This document shows positions 57,063 through 64,000 of a DNA stretch of 64,000 bases, piece by piece (positions within the stretch are counted from its first letter, which is position 1; each line of letters starts with the position of its first letter). The DNA is taken from NCBI RefSeq assembly GCF_009914755.1, contig NC_060930.1. One strand, given 5' to 3'. Below the pieces are notes generated by a model that had not been told where the DNA came from, made no database searches, and was given only the letters and a program-made list of their open reading frames with translations. Source of the stretch: the human T2T-CHM13v2.0 reference genome, Homo sapiens. A program made the position numbers and the translations under genes.

Positions 57063-58590
57063 TGTTAGCCTTATTTCTAGATATTTTATCTGTTTTTGTG
57101 GCAATTGTGAATGGGATTGCCTCTCTGATTTGTCTCTAGGCTTGGCTGTTGTTGATATAAAGGAATGCAGCTAACCAGGGAGATGGAAAATCTCTACAGT
57201 GAGAGCCACAAAACACTTCTCAAAGAAATCAGAGATGACACAGACAAATGGAAAAACATTACATGCTTATGGATAGGAAGAATCAATATCATTAAAATGG
57301 CCATACTGCCCAAAGCAATTTACAGATTGAATGTTATTTCTATCAAACTACCAATGACATTTTTCACAGAACTAGAAAGAACTATTTTAAAATTCATATG
57401 GAACCAAAAAAGAGTCTGAATAGCCAAGGTAACCCTAAGCAAAAAGAACAAAGCTGGAGACATCCCAGTATTTGACTTCAAACTATACTACAGGACTACG
57501 GTAACCAAAACAGCATGGTACTTTTTTACAAAAGGAGACACATAGACCAATGGAACAGAATAGAGAGCCCAGAAATAATGCCAGACACCTACAACCACAT
57601 GATCTTTGACAAAGCTGACAAAAACTAGCAATGGGGAAAAAGCTCCCTCTTCAGTAAATGGTGCTGTGATAACTGGCTAGCCATATACAGAAGATTGAAA
57701 CTGGACCCCTGCTTTACACCATGTAAAAAACTCAGCCCATGATGAATCAAATACTTAAATGTAAAACTCAAAACTATAAAAACCCTGGAAGATATCCTAA
57801 GCAATACCACTCTGGTCAGAGCAACAAGCAAAAATTTCATGAAGACACCAAAAGCAATTGCAACACAAGCAAAAATTGACAAATAGGATCTAGTTAAGCT
57901 TAAGAGATTCTGCACAGCCAAAAAAAAAAAAAAAAAAAACTATCAGCAGAGTGAACAGACAACCTACAGAATGGGAGAAAATATTTGCAAACTATGCATA
58001 TTACAAAGGTCTAATATCCAGCATCTATAAGGAACTTAAACAAAATTACAAGAGAAAAACAACCCTATTAAAAAGTGAGCAAAGGACATGACCAGATACT
58101 TTGAAAAAGAAGACATACTTGCGGCCAACAAGCATATGAAAAAAGCTTGATATCACCGATCATTAGAGAAGTGCAAATGAAAACCACAATATCATCTCAT
58201 ACCAGTCAGAATGGCTATTACTAAAAAATAAAAATAAAAAGATGCTGGCAAGGTTGTGGAGGAAAGGGAACACTTATACACTTGGTGAGCGTGTAAATTA
58301 GTTCAATGATTGTGGAAACCAGTATGGCGATTCCTCAAAATCCTAAAAGCAGAACTACCATTGTGCCCAGGGATCCCATTATTGAATATCTACCCAGAGG
58401 AATATAAATTATTCTGCCATAAAGACACATGCATGCAAATGTTTATTGCAGCACTATTCACAATAGCAAAGACATGGAATCAACCTAAATGCCCATCAGT
58501 GGTAGACTGGATAAAGAAAATATGGTGCATACATATAAACAAATATTATGCAGTCATAAAAAAGAACAAGATCATGTATTTTGTGGGAAT
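57063..58590 (+). mobile_element. L1PB-like element with a ~100-bp inverted 5' segment (57063-57168)
   Basis: ORF2 peptides in ORFs 57165 and 58310; antisense copy of the preceding L1 sequence. Confidence 0.85.
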
Positions 58591-58599
58591 ACTGAATAA

Positions 58600-58760
58600 T
58601 CCTTACTGTCCCATGAAGTAGGTTCTAATTATAGATAAGAAAACTGAGATACAGGGAAACTGAGCAAGTTGCCCATGATAGCTAGTAATGGATGGAGACA
58701 TAATGTTTGAACTCAGGCAGTTGGATTCAGAGCCTGGATTCCTAGTCACTGCACAGTGTC
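58600..58760 (-). mobile_element. MIR
   Basis: agataagaaaactgag...gctagtaa...tttgaactcaggcag. Confidence 0.7.
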
Positions 58761-59385
58761 AATGCCTGACAGATAGATGTTACGAACGTTAACTGTTATA
58801 TTAATTGCTGTACATTTTATCAACTAGATATCCATTCCATTCTCTCCACAGCCACTCATCATGCCTTACCTGGATGATGCAGAAGTCCCTGGAAACAGAA
58901 GGTCTCACCCTTCTTTATCTTTCTCATGGCTTTCCAAGGCTCTTTATCATGTTACTTTCCTGCTCAGAATTCTTTAATGACTTGCCTCAATGACCAGATA
59001 CATGTGATCTACAGTCAGCCTTCCAGCCTCATCATTCCTCTTCCATTTCCTCCCCAGAAACACTGTACTTTATGAAGCTCCTCCAAGACGTAAGTTTCTC
59101 TCATATTTAAAGGAGAGTTATGCCATATGCTCTCATAATCATGCATATTTCCTTGTCCACTTGCCAAAATCCTATTTCTCCTTCAAGTCTCCTTGTAAAT
59201 ACCATTTCTCCTTTGAAGGAGATTCAATTCTCGATTCCCCAGGGTAGACTAGGTATTAATACTTATGCTATGCTCTAATGGCCTTTGAACACACATGCCA
59301 CAATACATTTATATATACAATGAATGCTGGTATTTTATATCCCTTTTTTATGATAAGCACCTTAAGGACACTGCTGATGGGTATC

Positions 59386-59754
59386 TGTCTTAGTTGTTTT
59401 GTGCTGTTGTAACAGAATATCTGAGACTGGATAATTTATAACAAACAGAAATTTATTTCTCATGGTTCTGGAGGCTGGAAAGTCCAAGGTCAAGGTGACA
59501 GCAGGTTTGGTGTCTGGTAAGGACCTGGTCTTCATTTCCAAGATGGCACCTTAAACTCTGTATCCATGCCAGAAGAGCAGAAGAGAGTGAACCCATTCTC
59601 CAAAGTCTTTTTTATAGTGGCATTAATTCATTCATGAAGGCAGAGTCCCCATGACCCAAACACCTTCCATTAGGCTCCACCTCCCAACACTGTTGCATTA
59701 GGGATTAGGTTTTAATGTGAGTTTTGGAGGGAACAAAAACATTCAAAGCATAGC
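59386..59754 (-). mobile_element. MST(B/C)-type solo LTR
   Basis: tgtcttagtt...aaacattcaaagcatagca. Confidence 0.8.
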
Positions 59755-60521
59755 ACTGTCCATCTTTGTATTTTCAGTATTTGTCACAGCACTCTGCACA
59801 GAGTAGGCACTAACTAATTACTGTATACCTTAACTGACTTTCATTCTTTCTATACCACTCAGAAAACATCAAAGCCATAGAAACACAAAGCCTCCCTCCC
59901 ACTAGGTTTTTATTTTAATCAGCAGTTCTCAAAATTTTAAGAAATGGGATTTCTTGGAAAAATTCAAAATATTTTGGGGAGAAACCACAACTGGGTTTGC
60001 TAATAAATGCTGATATCTAAGTACTGAGCTAATTCTAACAAAATTAAGATTTGATTAAACTGACCTAGACCAACTGTGAGACTTGGGTGGGATGGCAGAG
60101 AATAACAAGAGAGAACAGAAGAAGGTACTCTTGGGCTGACCACTGGTTCAATATTCCTAGGGTGCCCTTGCTGTCCAAGAATAATTATCATGTTCTGGGC
60201 TTTGTTCTATGAGTTATAGCTACTCCTTTTTTCCCACTTGTGTTTCTCGCATCTGAATCTCCCTCCTTTAAGCCTTATTTACCCTGTTGATAAAGCTAAA
60301 CTTCTGTTTTATCTCCAATCTCTTGTAATTTATTTATTTATTTATTTTAGTAATCTCAGACCTCTTATAGAATTGAGCCCCTGTTGTGTTCTTTCTAGCC
60401 TCTTTTCTGTAAAACTACAGAAATTCTCCCAATCTTAGCTTAGTTGCCAAGTTCCTGCCTTTAATGGACACACTAACTAGAAAAAGAACTTCAAATTGCC
60501 TGCATTGATAATAGCATAGTG

Positions 60522-60524
<3 letters not shown>

Positions 60525-60576
<52 letters not shown>
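60525..60576. repeat. (GT)n microsatellite, ~25 units
   Basis: Pure GT run. Confidence 0.97.
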
Positions 60577-60582
<6 letters not shown>

Positions 60583-62317
60583 CCCAGCATCCCTTTCCTC
60601 TAGTTTGGTAAAAATACGTTCATTTTAATATGAAAAATAATCCCCTCACCCTCTTCCATTGCATGTGGTCTTACAGGGGATGTCAGTGAAAGAGCCCTAC
60701 CCAAGGCATTGACACTTGGCCTAAGCAAGAACAATCCATTATTTCTCTGCAAACTAAATCTGAAATGGTCTTCAACAGTTAAGATGTTAGTGATGGTTAA
60801 CCATCTTTAGGGAGCTGCCATCACAGTAACCATCACTAACCATCTTAACTGTTTAAGAAATGGGATTTCTTAAATATAGAACCTAGCCCAGAACATGGTA
60901 ATTAACTGTTTAAGATGGTTAGTGATGGTTAGCGTGTGCTGGCAGCTCTTTAAAGAGACTATTCATTAGTCCTGAATACCAGATTATTGGGGTCGTCCTG
61001 TTTCCTGTAGTATTCTACTTAATGCTTGATTGTTTAGCTTTTTATTTAGTTCTGTGAAAGACTCCATACCTTTCCAATAAATTATTTTTTGTGCCCTTAA
61101 ATTAGATAGGGTTGGTTTACATTTTAAAACCCAAATTGACAAATGTAAATTCCTTGTTGCAGTGCTCTCTCAGCAGCTGGGACCCGGTCTTGGAATCTTA
61201 GTGTCAACTATGATGAATCACCAACACTAACAAAAACATTATCTTTTATTGGGTTAAATAGTTTCTACTCTTCCCAAGACTGGGAACTGATGTAACAGGC
61301 TTCGTGCTTTCTTCCCAACAAATTGATTCTGTGTGGTCAGCTCCTGTCATGATGATAGAACCCCCTGTATTGATTTATACTTAGGGGTATATCAATGTCA
61401 GTCTAAACTTGTCCTACCTACTTCTACTGCCTGATGAATCTTTTTATTTTAATCTTTACTAAGGTAAAACTTACATATTACAAGAGTCACCAATTCTAAG
61501 TGTATAGTTCAATGATTTTTAGTACGTTTATACATTACATAACCATCACCCCAATCCAGTCTTAGATTGCATGCCCAATCTTGTTGTGTGTATTTTCCAT
61601 GGCCATTGATGGATCCTAGTATCATGTACTGCACGGGCTATACCAATATCAGGCCCAAGATGTGTAGCAGTCAATCCTGGAGGTCTTGTGGTGCCCTTAA
61701 ATATAATGTAAGGGGAGAGTGTCAGTGTGGTGGATTCAGGGGCAATTACTATGCTATTGAAGAAGCACTGCCAAGGGCCAAATAGAAAAGACACTGGGCT
61801 CAAATAATAAAAATCAGCAAGGCAGACAAGACCACAGGAAACAGGGCACTTGGAAGAAATGCCATAGAGTCCAGTCAGCTGCTGCTGGATAGATCTGACT
61901 GCTTTTCATAGATGTAGCACACATCTGCTTGATGACGTCACCTGATGCCTTCTATGCCACATGTTTCAACTTCATTTAATACAAATTTTTTCACAAATTA
62001 GAATTAACATTTTAAATAAAAGGGGTTGAAAATATTAACAGATAAAAGATTTGCCTTGGATTGAATTTTTTTATTCCTCCTATTACCATTCATTTTAATG
62101 TGAACCCATCTGTGAGAAAAGTGGATAATTTATGTGAATAATGTAATGATGCTGTATTCTCCTAGATAATATTATACTGTTTTTGAAATTATCTCCTGCC
62201 CCCATTCCAAACTTATTGATGAATGGCACTGTATAGGAGTATCAAAAAACTAAGTTTGCAGATTCCTGAGACTGAGTATAGAGGGCTGATGTTAATCATA
62301 AGAAGATCTCATATTGA

Positions 62318-62673
<356 letters not shown>

Positions 62674-64000
62674 CAAGAATAAAGCTTTTAATCTTTCCCC
62701 TCCCCTGATCTCTTTGCTTTCTGAAATAATCTCCTCACAAGGAGGTGAAACATTGAGTGGCCAGCCTGGCCTTGCTGTTGCTTCTGTATATCCCAGCCTG
62801 TCACTCTTAGGAGCACGATGAAGATCTATAAGTATCTCTACTTTGGTCCAGCTACACCTCCCCTTGAGGAATATAGATTGGAAAGGGTACAGAATATGTT
62901 TCCTCATTGGTAATGTTAACCTTTTATTTCTTCTGAATAATTTAATATTTGATGTGAAAGGCTATTTTTTGAAGTATCACATAATGAAACAACAGCCCTG
63001 AACAATATAGACATTAGAAGCATTTTTTTCTTTTACCTTACTACATGCGTTACCAAGGAAACAAAAGAAATTGGAAAACAAAGAAAACCAAAGGAGATGT
63101 AGCAATATTGGGGGTTATAATAACTTTGTGAAAAAGTTTCTTGCAGAGGTAAGTTCAGTTAAGGCACCTAAAAGCATCTTGACAACTGATAACTCACACT
63201 GCATGGTGGATACAAAATGTCCAATGAAATTCCCAAGATTTTTTAAAGCAAATGGTGTCTGTTTCTCACCAAGGATGCAAATCCAAACTGTTATCCAAGT
63301 CTTGTTCATAGTGCTTTCTAAATATCTCCAGAATGCATTGATCTTTATTATTTCTTGATCTCTGTTGCGCTTTCTCAAGCCTTCACGACAGTGTATGTCT
63401 TCCCTGGATTACTGTGATGATCTCCTACTAGACTCCCTGCCCTCAATCATGCCTCTGTAATCTGTAGTGTGCATGGTTGTCAGCAACTCTGATCATGGCC
63501 ACCATACTTAAATTTTTAAATTTCTCATGTTTCAGAATAAGGAACCCTTTAACTTGACATATTAGGAAGACGCTTCATGACCTAATTCCTATGTAATCTT
63601 TCCAACATCATCTCTCACGGCTGTCCTGCCTTATACTAGATGTGTCAAATGATGCAATTACTTCATTTGTTTATCTACTTAGCAAATATTGACTAAGCAT
63701 TCAACATTGTCAGGCACTGTTTAAGTGTTGCAATATAATGGTAATACTTTCAGTTTCTAGAATAAGTCCTGGGCCTTATCTCTTATCTCTGGGCCTGTGC
63801 ATATGTTTTTCTCTCTCCCGGGAACTCTCCTCTTCCTTGAAAGTATAAATTCTGCTAAGTGCGCTACTGCCTTACTTCTGGTAAACCTTCTCTATTACCT
63901 AGGCTGAATTAGGTGACTTGCTGGGTCCCCTCAAAATACCCTTCTCTCTCATGCATTTATCATGCTACACCTTTCACTTCTCTGTCTGCTCCACTAGAGT

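Noticed and set aside
61933-61940. Second TGACGTCA palindrome
   Set aside because: Isolated 8-mer outside a CpG island; about one could occur by chance in 64 kb.

Overview
Human genomic DNA (an AluYb8 is present) covering the 5' end of AHI1 (Jouberin, a ciliary transition-zone gene) on the minus strand. It includes the CpG-island bidirectional promoter (~37.6-38.3 kb) and the start of a divergent plus-strand lncRNA (AHI1-DT/LINC00271). Five coding exons (32481-32490, 30876-31000, 7817-7870, 6050-6609, 3361-3542) join through GT-AG sites into one open frame, MPTAESEAKV...KKTKKKTKA. Three upstream 5'UTR exons are predicted from splice signals, one of them an exonized MIR. The rest is mostly interspersed repeats (Alu, L1, MaLR/ERV LTRs, DNA-transposon MITEs) plus a Y1 RNA retropseudogene. 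Best observations: (1) the MIR-derived UTR exon decides whether an upstream ORF stops before, or overlaps, the AHI1 start codon; (2) a 54-nt coding exon arose by local duplication and uses a donor that is silent in its parent exon; (3) several template-switch palindromes and templated insertions, including a perfect 37-bp inverted repeat in an AHI1 intron; (4) an X-box and CRE in the shared promoter. Gene and repeat-family names come from recognition, not database searches, and repeat boundaries are approximate.
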